This document shows, piece after piece, positions 10,771 to 20,218 of a DNA stretch of 64,000 nucleotides. Under the pieces are notes generated by a model. The model saw only the letters and a list, made by a program, of their open reading frames with translations, had not been told where the DNA came from and made no database searches. Source of the DNA: an uncultured Alphaproteobacteria bacterium (GTDB lineage: Bacteria > Pseudomonadota > Alphaproteobacteria > Rhizobiales > Aestuariivirgaceae); assembly GCA_963814455.1 (NCBI GenBank), contig CAWFCR010000007.1:1865-65864 (forward strand), read 5' to 3'. Numbering within the stretch: the first letter of the stretch is position 1; each line of letters begins with the position of its first letter. The position numbers and the translations under genes are program-made.

Positions 10771-11762
10771 GGGACAATCACCTTGTCGCCTGCAATGAGG
10801 CCCGACATGATCTCAACCTGCGGAACTGCACCGGCTTCAAATGCTTCACCGGTTATCACCGCCACGCTGATGCCACCAACAAGTGTTACGTAATCGATGC
10901 CGGAACGAGTTGAGATAGCCGCCGCCGGCACGCTGAGCAGGATACGTTTAGCAACCGGCACCCACACCAATGTGCGCTCGCCGACGAAGTAGTCACCGAG
11001 ACCCTGAACTTCGACATCGGCAAGGACGCGGCCATTGTCGATTTCGGGATAGACCTTCACGAGCTTGCCGATGGTAGTGACCTTGCTGGAGGCTGCTGGA
11101 TCAAGCCCGCGCTCGCCCACTTGAACATCGTCTCCCTCCGTGAGGTGTGCTGCATGGCGCTCTGGCAAAGACAATCGAATGAAATAGCCATTGCTTGCGA
11201 TGCGAGCAATCGGCTCGCCCGGCAGGACGACTGAACCATCCGTCACGGGAACGGCCAGAACGCGCCCTGATGATGGTGCCAGCACGCGGCCCTCTGCCGT
11301 TTGCTGTACGATGACGGCGCGATCGGATTGGGCGGCGTTGAACTGGTTTGACAGGACTTCGAACTGTGTCTGCGCTGCATCAACGCGGGTTTTGGCGATG
11401 ACGCCGGATGCCAGGAGTTTCTTAGCCCGGCCAAGCTCGGCGCCAGCGTTCTTCATCTCCGATTTGAGGCCTTTGATCCGAGATTCAAGTGCTTTGAGCT
11501 GCAAAGCGAGCTTCTCGTCGATGACGATAGCCAACTCATCTCCGGTCTCCACCGAAGTTCCTTCGGTCACCCTGAGGCCCGTCACCGTGCCGCCAAGGCG
11601 TGCCCGTGCGGCAGACAGCGTGCGGCTCTGTATCTGGCCGAATACGGCCTTCATTTCGAGTTTCTCTTGCAGGGAAACCGCAATCTCTCCAGCGGTGGCT
11701 GAGACTAGAAGCCCGCTGGCCAGAAACATGAGGAGCGCAACTACCGGACGGTGCATTGACAC
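10767..11762 (-). CDS. RND periplasmic adaptor (membrane fusion protein)
   Basis: Signal peptide, lipoyl half-motifs (VTEGTSVETGD, APSSGRV), coiled hairpin, GLIAGDKV; ATGA overlap with the permease. Confidence 0.9.
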   Translation of the reverse strand: MSMHRPVVALLMFLASGLLVSATAGEIAVSLQEKLEMKAVFGQIQSRTLSAARARLGGTVTGLRVTEGTSVETGDELAIVIDEKLALQLKALESRIKGLKSEMKNAGAELGRAKKLLASGVIAKTRVDAAQTQFEVLSNQFNAAQSDRAVIVQQTAEGRVLAPSSGRVLAVPVTDGSVVLPGEPIARIASNGYFIRLSLPERHAAHLTEGDDVQVGERGLDPAASSKVTTIGKLVKVYPEIDNGRVLADVEVQGLGDYFVGERTLVWVPVAKRILLSVPAAAISTRSGIDYVTLVGGISVAVITGEAFEAGAVPQVEIMSGLIAGDKVIVP

Positions 11763-11784
11763 TTTCCACTCAACAGTGATATTA

Positions 11785-11816
11785 TTCAGTATATGCTAAT
11801 ATTAGAAGAGATTCAA
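11785..11816 (-). promoter_or_regulatory. Sigma70 promoter of the MFP-RND-sqr operon overlapped by a dyad ArsR-type operator
   Basis: Minus strand TTGAAT(11816-11811)-17 nt-TATACT(11793-11788); back-to-back ATTAG-N9-AA boxes centred on CTAAT|ATTAG at 11800/11801. Confidence 0.65.
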
Positions 11817-11818
11817 GT

Positions 11819-12118
11819 ATGGACATGATGGAGCTATGTCAGTCTGCCGATGAGGCAAGCACTTTCCTCAAGTCGTTGGCGAATCCCCAACGATTGCGGA
11901 TCATGTGCCTGATTCTTGAGAAGGAGCGGCCAGTAGGCGAGCTAGCTGAAGCCGTCGAACTCAACCAGAGTTCGGTATCACAGCACCTTGCGCTTCTCCG
12001 CCGAGAAGGATTGCTAAAGACGCGGCGGAAGGGTCAGGAAATTTACTATCAGCTGGCCGACAAGAAAATCGTGAGGTTCTTTGCCTTGTTGGAAAGCATG
12101 TTCTGCAGTAGCAAGTAG
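11819..12118 (+). CDS. ArsR/SmtB family repressor, SqrR/BigR/YgaV persulfide-sensing type
   Basis: LKSLANPQRLRIMCL, SVSQHLALLR helix-turn-helix; Cys in helix 2 (IMC) and at the C-terminus (MFC), the pair used by BigR/SqrR. Confidence 0.85.
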   Translation: MDMMELCQSADEASTFLKSLANPQRLRIMCLILEKERPVGELAEAVELNQSSVSQHLALLRREGLLKTRRKGQEIYYQLADKKIVRFFALLESMFCSSK

Positions 12119-12131
12119 CAAATCCATCCGG

Positions 12132-12335
12132 TTACTTGAAGGCATTACCGGGTGCGCAACCAAACCGCTTGAACACAATTGCTGCAGGGCAAAATCCGGT
12201 GAATGCAGCTTGCAGCATGTTAAGCCCCGCAAAAGCCGTAAGCATAAGCCAATACTGCGAGTGCAGCTGGCCCAATGCTAGCGACCCAAGCACCACAATT
12301 CCTGCAAAAGCCAAGACAGCGCGATCAATGTTCAT
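12132..12335 (-). CDS. DUF2892 / YgaP-like two-TM membrane protein
   Basis: MNIDRAV, two TM helices, NMLQAAFTGFCP motif. Confidence 0.85.
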   Translation of the reverse strand: MNIDRAVLAFAGIVVLGSLALGQLHSQYWLMLTAFAGLNMLQAAFTGFCPAAIVFKRFGCAPGNAFK

Positions 12336-12357
12336 CTGCAAATTCCCAGTTCAATAT

Positions 12358-12398
12358 ATTTGAACATCTTAATATAATAATATATAACTTGTTGTCAA
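12358..12398 (-). promoter_or_regulatory. Sigma70 promoter of the DUF2892 gene with an overlapping ArsR-type site
   Basis: Minus strand TTGACA(12398-12393)-16 nt-TATATT(12376-12371), overlapped by ATTA-N8-AAAT (12373-12358), similar to SqrR-type ATTC-N8-GAAT. Confidence 0.55.
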
Positions 12399-12492
12399 GT
12401 AGGAGTTTTTTGTTCGGCTCGGGGTATTTTCGCGTTAGGCACAACGGTCAGGTTCCTCCTTGCCCTTGAGGCGTGAGTTCCTGCCTGCTGTC

Positions 12493-13713
12493 TTAACCTT
12501 TCCAGGCAGCTTCGAGCACATCCACCCACTGGTTGGCGAGCTGTTTGCGGCTGAACTCCGCCATGGCGAGCTTGCGCGCATTCTGCCCCATGACCCGCAA
12601 GGCCGCCCTGTCTGCGGCGGCCTGCTCCAGCGCATCGGCAAAGGCCTGCGGATTGGCGGGCGGCACCGCAAAGCCGCAGCCAGCGCGATTGATGATGCCG
12701 GCGAGCCAGCCCGGATAGTTGTTGAGCACGGGAACGCCAGCGGCAATGTAGTCAAAGAACTTGTTGGGCGAAGTGCCGTAATAAAAGGCGGGCACATCAG
12801 CGAGAATCTGCATGCCGACATCGGTGGCGGCCATGAGGCCCGCAAGCCGCGCCTTGTTCACCGGCCCATGGAAGATGATGTTCGTCAGCTCTTCGCGTTT
12901 TGCCCGCTCTTGCAAGGCAGGTTTCAGCTGGCCCTGGCCGATGAGCAGCAGCTTGATGTTGCTGCGCCCGCGCCGCTTCAGTTCGGCAGCAGCATCAAGC
13001 ACGGCATCAAGCCCGTTGGCGAGGCCATGCGTTCCGGCATAAACGGCAAGCAGGTCATTCTCCGTCACGCCTTCGGGGCGCCATGGCGCGGCAGGCTCGG
13101 CAAAGATGTCGAGATCGCAACCGTTGGGCACCATGCTGATGCGGCTCTGCGGCACGCCAAGCTTCGCAATGCCTTCCGCAATGCCGGGTGACAGCGCGAT
13201 AAGCCGGTGCGCCGACCGGTAGCTCGTCCATTCGATGACGGACATGGCGGCAAGAATGACGGGATTGGTGATGACGCCCATGGCCTTCGGCAATTCCGGC
13301 CACAGGTCGCGCACTTCGAACACGAAGGGCTTGCGCCGCAGCCAGCGCGCCAGAATGCCGGGAATGCCGGCAGTGAGCGGCGTGGTGGTGGCGAAGACCA
13401 CATCATAAGGTTCGCGGAAAGCTACGCCGATGCTGCGCCAGGCAAACTTGAGAAACGTCATGCTGCGCTTCACAAATCTATCGGCATTGAAATAGGGCAG
13501 TTCGAATTCGATGACGTCGATGCCATCGACCAGCCCACGCCGCATGCCCTTGACGAACGGAATGGAAAGCCCGGTGGTGCCGACGCCATATGTGCCGCAT
13601 ACCATGGTGACAGCATGGCCGCGCCCGATGAGGCGCCGCGCCATTTCATAGGAGCGGATGCCGGCCGCACCTTGCGGGGTCGAGAAGTGCTGGTGGAAGT
13701 AGAGAACTTTCAT
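12493..13713 (-). CDS. Glycosyltransferase family 4 (WbuB-like)
   Basis: MKVLYFHQHFSTP, FEVRDLWPE, YAGTHGLAN, SPNKFFDY. Confidence 0.9.
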   Translation of the reverse strand: MKVLYFHQHFSTPQGAAGIRSYEMARRLIGRGHAVTMVCGTYGVGTTGLSIPFVKGMRRGLVDGIDVIEFELPYFNADRFVKRSMTFLKFAWRSIGVAFREPYDVVFATTTPLTAGIPGILARWLRRKPFVFEVRDLWPELPKAMGVITNPVILAAMSVIEWTSYRSAHRLIALSPGIAEGIAKLGVPQSRISMVPNGCDLDIFAEPAAPWRPEGVTENDLLAVYAGTHGLANGLDAVLDAAAELKRRGRSNIKLLLIGQGQLKPALQERAKREELTNIIFHGPVNKARLAGLMAATDVGMQILADVPAFYYGTSPNKFFDYIAAGVPVLNNYPGWLAGIINRAGCGFAVPPANPQAFADALEQAAADRAALRVMGQNARKLAMAEFSRKQLANQWVDVLEAAWKG

Positions 13714-15556
13714 GCCGGCCACGTCACTTCTGTCACAAGCTGCCCCGCGCTGCCGATCTCGACTTCGAGCACCGGTACGGAAGATTTCTCGAGGTAGTGA
13801 AGCGATTGCCATCCCTCGGTTACTTCAACGCGCCGGAGCGGCGCTGTTGAAATCACAGAGAGCTTGAAGCTGCGGGTTTCAATATCAGTGATGGAAACGC
13901 CATTGTCATGGCGCGTCAACGTCCACGCCTCGGGCGACAGCCGCCAGCGCAGCACCGCGTGTTCGCGGAAGCCGGAAACATCATCCGTCACCGTGAGCTT
14001 GTTGTCTGCGAGCTTCATTGCTCGGGCATGCCGCGCCCTTTCGCTGTCGACATAGGAAGTAGAGAATGAAACAGTCCCGTCCTTCTCCTTTAGCGGACCA
14101 GCAGTCTCAGCCTTCAACCAGTCGCCGAACAGAAAGCGACTGAGCTGCGGCATCTGGTTGCGGCCATCAAACTGCACCGTGTTGTGGCTGGCCGTACCAT
14201 TGAAATAGGCCATCAGTTTTGGATCGGTGTTGTAGCTGTAGGTGCCGGCATCGCACAGCCAGTTCTTGCCACCCACCCACAGGTCAACATGCAGAACATC
14301 TGCCTGGCTGGGGCGGAAACGGAAACGCGGATAGCGCAGCAGCGCCATCGCCTTGCCCTGCCGCAGCACCGCAAAGCCGCCATCATCGGCAATGCGTGTG
14401 CAGGGCTTGTGCAGCACGTGTGCGAGATGCGGAATGCCAAGCCAGGTGAGCGCATCATCCCACGGTCCCGCAGCCTCGATGGCGCGTGCATCCGCAATGA
14501 GTGTTGCGGCCAATTGCAGGCTGGGGCGAAAGTCGCGGTTGGGGAGAGCCGTGAGCGGCAGCAACTGCGCGCTGTCATTGGCGCCAAGGTTGGGTCCATC
14601 GCCGCTCGCTTGGTCAACAAGCGCATGCATCCACAGCAGCGCGGCCTTGGCGCGCTCCATGAGGTGCGATGAGAAAGCAGGCTGCTTGAATATGCGGCGC
14701 GTCAGTTCAGCCATCGACAGCGTATCCAGCAACACGCGGTGATAGACCAACGACTGCTGGCTGAAACTGCCGTCGGGCAAGACGATGCGCGCCATGCGCT
14801 CTTCGAGAGCGGCACGGCCCATGTCGCGCCATTCAACACCCTTTCCGCCGAGCATGAGGCCGCCGATGAAAAGTGCGGCTGCCTCTGACGTGCCGTGATT
14901 GTTGTCCTGTGCCTTGGCATAAGAGAGAGTTGGCGCGATGCGCTGGAGATGCAGGGCGATCAGTGAGAGCAAAGCGGGCGAGGACGCGTGCGCATGTGGC
15001 CAAGGATGTGCGCTGCCATGGCGAGATGCATGACGCGGATCGAGGCTTCCTGTCCGCATTTCCAGTTAACGCCCCTGTAGGGTGGATTGCGCAGCAGCCA
15101 ATCGGCCAGCCAGCTGTTCATCAATCCCAAGGCCTGACTGTCGCCATTGCGGGCGGCTTGCGCAAAGGGCAGCAGCCACGCCATGCGTGACAACTCCCAC
15201 ACTGGCTTGATGTCGCCGAGTGCGGAATCGAAATCGCTGATCTGCCACCAGTCGCTTGTTGAGTTGGCGCGCTGGCTGTTTGCCAGATTCAAGTGCCAAT
15301 CCGGTGGTTCAGTGGAGGCGGGTTGTTGCAGGTGATCAAACAGCGCATGGCCAGAAGCCCAACTCGGTGCAGGCGGAAGTTCAAGCGGGGGCAAGCGCGG
15401 GGCCGAAAAGCAGTCGCCATTCGGCATTGCTACTGGTTTCAACCGTTGAGCCGGATGAATGCCAAGCTTGATGCCCGCGCGATACAGTCCGACACGCGCA
15501 ATGTTGCCGGGACCAAGCGCCCAAGCCGTCCTCACCTTGGTGGCTAGTCCGTTCAT
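13710..15556 (-). CDS. Heparinase II/III family protein, frameshift near 14995
   Basis: DIKPVWELSR, NWKCGQEASIR, QDNNHGTSEA, DGSFSQQS..YHR, DAGTYSY, SHNTVQFDG spread over two overlapping frames. Confidence 0.85.
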
Positions 15557-17688
15557 TGGGCGCGAAGCGCCTCGGCCACATCGAGCGTTGCCGCGGAAAC
15601 TTCAAACAGTTCGGTGGGCGGAATGGCGGGCATGCCGCTCTTGAGCGCAGCAAGAAACGCCGCCGGGCATGCCGACTGGCCCTTGTCCTGCCGCCAGAGG
15701 TTCATGGTCCTGAAGCCCGGCCACTTGTAGCCCGACATTTTCACGAAATTGTCGATCTGCAAAGTGCGCCCGCTCGCGAACACTTCAATACGCTCCTTGG
15801 GGAAATTGGACGCGCCGTTGGCGAGATAGTGGATAGTGCCGAACGAGCCATCGGCAAAGCCGAGGATGATGGCGGCCTTGTCTTCGGCCACAGCAAGGCC
15901 CGGCGCATCGCCCATGCGGCGCGCCTGCATCGAGACGATGGCTGAGCCTGCAAGGAAGCGCATGAGGTCGATGTAGTGGCAGGCCTCGCCGATGATGCGT
16001 CCGCCGCCCGTTGCCATGTCCTGCGTCCAATGGTCAGCGGGTATGGCGCCCGCATTCATCGTCATGATGAAGCTCTTGGGCTCGCTCACCCCTGCCAGCA
16101 GGGCCTTCATCCTGACAATCTGCGGCGCGAAGCGGCGGTTGAACCCCACCATCAATTGTGGCCCGGCGCCGTTTGCATGCGCCTTGTCATAAGCCGCCCG
16201 CACGAGTGCTAGGCCTTCCCGATCAATCGCCAAAGGCTTTTCGACGAACACATTTTTGCCTGCTGCCAGGCTCTGAGCCACAAGCGCAGCATGCGAGTCA
16301 TGCCGCGTCGCAATCGCCACGCAGGTGATGGCGGGATTGGACAGCAGCGAAGCGGCATCGGATGACGCCTGCGCAAAACCCGCCTTCTCGCCTTGAATGG
16401 CGCTGTTGATGCCGCCAGCGGCGACAATCGTATGAAGCTCGGCGCCTGCCGCCTTGAAGCCGGGAATGAGAACGCGCGAAGCGTAGTTGCCGGCGCCGAT
16501 CACGCCCAGCACGGCCTTTCCCGTTATAGGTTGGGCAGAGGCGGCGAGCGTAACGGTCTTGGCCAAACGAGATCCAACCGGTGAGGCATAACGCAGCAGA
16601 ATGCCAAGCGCGGTCTTGTCGTCACGTAGCGCCGTGTAGGCTTTCGGCGCATCTTCAAACGCGAAGCGATGCGAGATCAGCGGCCGCACATCGAGCTGGC
16701 CCGAGGCCATCAGGTCTAGTACGGCCTCGAAGTTTCGTTGCTCGGTCCAGCGCACGAAGCCGATGGGATAGTCCTGTCCCTTCTGCTCATACTCCGCATC
16801 ATAGCGGCCTGGGCCATAGGAACAGGAAACCTGGAAGCTCAGTTCCTTCTCGTAGAAATCCGCGCGGTTGAGCTCAAGGCCGGTGACGCCCACCAGCACA
16901 ATGCGACCGCGTTTGCGGCTCATGCGCGCCGCTTGCGTCACAGGGTCGGAAGACTTCGTCGAAGCCGTGATGATGACGGCATCAACGCCATTGCCGCGGC
17001 TGAAGGCAAGCCCCGCCGCAACCGGATCCTCACCAGCCGCAGGATTGCAGATTTCGGCGCCGAAGCTGCGCGCAAGTTCCAGCTTGCGGGGATCAAAGTC
17101 GATGGCCAGCACGCGGCAACCCTGCGCCCGCAGCAATTGCACGGCAAGCAAGCCAATAAGCCCGGCGCCCGTTACGACGACATTCTCCCCCAATGTCGGC
17201 TGCGCCAGTCGGATGCCCTGCAAGCCGATGCTCGCCGCCACCGTGAAGGCCGCCTGCTCGTCATCAACATTGTCCGGTATGCGAGCGCACAGGTTTCGCG
17301 GCACCTTCACCACATCGGCATGCGGCCCGTTGGAGGCCACGCGGTCTCCCGCCTTGAAGCCCTCAACGCCGGCGCCTGCCTGCTGCACCACGCCGACATT
17401 GCAGTAGCCCAGCGGCAAGGGCTGGGCAAGTTTTGAGCGCACGGCTTCGATGGTTGTCAGCACGCCATCGGTGCGCATTTTTTCCAGCACCTGCTTGACT
17501 TTCTCCGGCTGCTGGCGGGCCTTGGCGAGAGGCGATGCCTTGCCGAACTCGACGAGCATGCGTTCCGTGCCGGATGAAATGAGGCTCATCGTGCTGGTGA
17601 TGACGAGCGTGCCCGCAGAGGCGGAAGGCGCAGGCGCTTCCGCCACATAGGTCTTGCCTTTGGCCATGTCTTGGAGCACCTGTTTCAT
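15553..17688 (-). CDS. Bi-domain oxidoreductase (MDR/Zn-ADH-like plus Gfo/Idh/MocA)
   Basis: ISSGTERML, PLGYCNVG, GAGLIG, SCSYGPGRYD, then GAGNYA, VEKPLA, GFNRRF. Confidence 0.9.
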   Translation of the reverse strand: MKQVLQDMAKGKTYVAEAPAPSASAGTLVITSTMSLISSGTERMLVEFGKASPLAKARQQPEKVKQVLEKMRTDGVLTTIEAVRSKLAQPLPLGYCNVGVVQQAGAGVEGFKAGDRVASNGPHADVVKVPRNLCARIPDNVDDEQAAFTVAASIGLQGIRLAQPTLGENVVVTGAGLIGLLAVQLLRAQGCRVLAIDFDPRKLELARSFGAEICNPAAGEDPVAAGLAFSRGNGVDAVIITASTKSSDPVTQAARMSRKRGRIVLVGVTGLELNRADFYEKELSFQVSCSYGPGRYDAEYEQKGQDYPIGFVRWTEQRNFEAVLDLMASGQLDVRPLISHRFAFEDAPKAYTALRDDKTALGILLRYASPVGSRLAKTVTLAASAQPITGKAVLGVIGAGNYASRVLIPGFKAAGAELHTIVAAGGINSAIQGEKAGFAQASSDAASLLSNPAITCVAIATRHDSHAALVAQSLAAGKNVFVEKPLAIDREGLALVRAAYDKAHANGAGPQLMVGFNRRFAPQIVRMKALLAGVSEPKSFIMTMNAGAIPADHWTQDMATGGGRIIGEACHYIDLMRFLAGSAIVSMQARRMGDAPGLAVAEDKAAIILGFADGSFGTIHYLANGASNFPKERIEVFASGRTLQIDNFVKMSGYKWPGFRTMNLWRQDKGQSACPAAFLAALKSGMPAIPPTELFEVSAATLDVAEALRAQ

Positions 17689-17697
17689 CGCCAATCC

Positions 17698-18450
17698 TTA
17701 CCGCAACCGCGCCGGCCGCGCATAGCTGATGAGCACGGCGCGGTAGGTGCCCTTGAACACGAACATGCTGCCAGCGCCGGCACCCACAATGCCGACGGTG
17801 TCGATCAGTTGTTGCATGTGGTCTGTTGTGCCAGCGCCGCCCAACAAGGAAATTGGCGTATCCACGGCTTCCCGCAAACGCTTGGCGAGATCGAGATCGT
17901 AACCCTGCATTTCGCCATCGCGGTCAATCGAATTGAGTACGATTTCGCCAGCGCCGAGGGCTTCCGCCTGCTGGCAGAACTCCATCAGGTTGACCTTGTG
18001 CTTTTCGCGGCCATTGTGAGTGTAGACAGTCTCGCCTGCAAACAGCTTGTTCTTGCGCACATCGAGCGTCACCACCACGCTCTGCGCGCCAACAGCATCG
18101 GCCATTTCGCGGATGAGCTGCGGGCGCGCCAAAGCTGCAGCGCTGACCGAAACTTTCTCGAAGCCAAGGGCGATGATCTTCGCTGCAGTAGTGGCATCAT
18201 TGATGCCGCCGCCATAGCACAGCGGCATGCGCGATTCGACCGCGAGATTCCTGAGCAGCGCCAGGTTCGGCGCCTGCTTCCTGGCCGTAGCGTCGATGTC
18301 GAGGAACAACAGTTCATCGACTTCCTTTTCGTTGAAGATCTTCACCGCGTTCAGGGGATCGCCCACATACTTCGGCTCCTTGAACTGCCGGGTCTTGACC
18401 AGGCCGCCTTCGTGCATGAGCAGGCAGGGAATGATGCGGGAGCGCAGCAT
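17698..18450 (-). CDS. HisF2/AglZ (WbuZ-like) cyclase-family subunit of the amidino module
   Basis: RIIPCLL, YVGDPLNAVKIFNEKEVDEL, NSIDRDG, AVLISY. Confidence 0.88.
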   Translation of the reverse strand: MLRSRIIPCLLMHEGGLVKTRQFKEPKYVGDPLNAVKIFNEKEVDELLFLDIDATARKQAPNLALLRNLAVESRMPLCYGGGINDATTAAKIIALGFEKVSVSAAALARPQLIREMADAVGAQSVVVTLDVRKNKLFAGETVYTHNGREKHKVNLMEFCQQAEALGAGEIVLNSIDRDGEMQGYDLDLAKRLREAVDTPISLLGGAGTTDHMQQLIDTVGIVGAGAGSMFVFKGTYRAVLISYARPARLR

Positions 18451-18451
18451 C

Positions 18452-19067
18452 TCAGAGCCCCGCGAAATTTCGGAAGATGGCCATGCCATTGGCGTGGCTC
18501 TTTTCAGGGTGAAACTGCAGCCCGTAGACATTGTCGCGGATGACGCCGCAGGTGATCTCCGATCCATAGGTGACGCTGGCTACAACATCCTTCGGCGTCG
18601 TCGGCATCGAAGTAATAGCTGTGCAGGAAATAGAAGCCCTGTTCTGCCTCAACGCCCTCGAACAGCGGGCAGAGTTCTGCCAGCCGCACCGAATTCCATC
18701 CCATGTGCGGCAGCTTTGGCTTGGCATTAAGGGTCGCCACATTGATCTTGCGCACCCGCGCCGGAATCCAGCCTAAGCCCGGAAGTTCACCCTCTTCGCT
18801 CGATTGCGCCAGGATCTGCATGCCAACGCAGATGCCGAGTACTTTCTTCTTGCGCTCGACGACCTGCCGATTGAGCGTCTCCAGCATGCCGCTGTCGCGG
18901 ATGGTGCCCATGGTGGCATCGAAGTCGCCAACGCCCGGCAGCACATAGCGCTCCGCCTTTTCAAGCTCATCAAGCTTGCCGGTGATGATGTGCGCAATGC
19001 GCAGCTGCTTGTAGATGTTGGCGATGGCGCCGACATTGCCCGAGCCATAGTCGATGATGGCGATCAC
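18452..19067 (-). CDS. HisH2 (WbuY-like) glutamine amidotransferase, frameshift near 18593
   Basis: DYGSGN, LPGVG, GICVGMQ, PHMGWN, FYFLHSY, then QFHPEKSH in the next frame. Confidence 0.88.
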
Positions 19068-20218
19068 CTCTTGATGCTCCTTTCAAGGCCGAGCGCTTTC
19101 ATCGCCTTGGCTCCAAGGTCGAAGAACCATTCCTGGTTCTTGTAGTCTTTGTAAGTCTTGAGCGGCATCTCATGGTAATGGCGCAGCTCGGCAACAGGTA
19201 TGCCGAGCTTGGTGGCGATGTATTCGAATTCCTCATCAATCGAGGCCGGGTCATACGGCAGCCGCTGCAGCTCACTCAATGCCTGTTCGCGCGTCATCTG
19301 CCCGGTGAGGATGAGGCTTGAGAATTGCACCCGGCGCGTGTCGTAGCCGAAGCGTGTCGGCAGCCAATAGCCTTCGTAGAACTTGGTGAAGCGCGATTCG
19401 AAATGCTTCTGCGGATAGGGCCGCCAGCCATACTTGTCGGACAGGATCTGGCTGGCCTCGGTCTTGGTGTAGGGCAGGTAGTTGAGCGGTTTCACCACCT
19501 GCACGCCCTTGATGTAGCGCAGGTAGACCTTGTGGAACAGAATGCTGCTGAATGGAAAAGTCTTGAGCGGGCGGGTGCAGAAGCGCTGCCGGATGTCGCG
19601 CAGTTGCGCCATGTCGGTGCCATAGTACAGCCATTCCTTGGGGTTGCGCACGCACTCGGTCGCATAGTTGCCGCCATTCAGGATGTGCTTGATGCCGTGC
19701 TTGTTGGCGAAGTGGTAGAGGGTCGCAATGAAGGCATGGTCCTGCGGAATGTCGAGATGCGGCACGCCGGCCTTGAAGAAGGCAAGCTGGAAATCGCGCA
19801 TCTCCTCCCAGTTGATGACCTCGGTATAGAGGTCAAGGCCGAGCTTCTCCACCAGCATCTGGATGTTGTTGACGGCGATGTCGGAATTCCAGCCGCCATC
19901 GACATGGAACACCAGCGGTCGAAGCCCGAACTCCGAAACGGCGAGGTGCAACAGGTAGGAGCTGTCGAGGCCTCCGCTCACGCCCATGATGCAGTCAAAG
20001 TCATGGTTCTTGCCAGCGGCCTTGATCTCTTCCACCTGACGGCGGAACATCTCCTTGCCCTTGTCATTGGGGTGCCAGTTGGGCAGCACGTCCTGCTTGA
20101 AGCCGTTGCAATGGTCGCACACGCCTTGATCGTCGAACGCGATCATGCTGTCCGAGGTATCCATCACGCAGTTGCTGCAGATTTGGTAAGAGCGCTTGGT
20201 CTTGGAGATCGCCGTCAA
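19064..20218 (-). CDS. N-acetyl sugar amidotransferase (WbuX/WbpG-like)
   Basis: CSNCVMD..CDHC Zn site, SGGLDSS PP-loop, PQDHAF, KHFES. Confidence 0.9.
   Translation of the reverse strand: MTAISKTKRSYQICSNCVMDTSDSMIAFDDQGVCDHCNGFKQDVLPNWHPNDKGKEMFRRQVEEIKAAGKNHDFDCIMGVSGGLDSSYLLHLAVSEFGLRPLVFHVDGGWNSDIAVNNIQMLVEKLGLDLYTEVINWEEMRDFQLAFFKAGVPHLDIPQDHAFIATLYHFANKHGIKHILNGGNYATECVRNPKEWLYYGTDMAQLRDIRQRFCTRPLKTFPFSSILFHKVYLRYIKGVQVVKPLNYLPYTKTEASQILSDKYGWRPYPQKHFESRFTKFYEGYWLPTRFGYDTRRVQFSSLILTGQMTREQALSELQRLPYDPASIDEEFEYIATKLGIPVAELRHYHEMPLKTYKDYKNQEWFFDLGAKAMKALGLERSIKR

Noticed and set aside
17698-19067. hisF/hisH as histidine biosynthesis genes
   Set aside because: Coupled to a WbuX-like amidotransferase in a glycan operon; these are the HisF2/HisH2 paralogues
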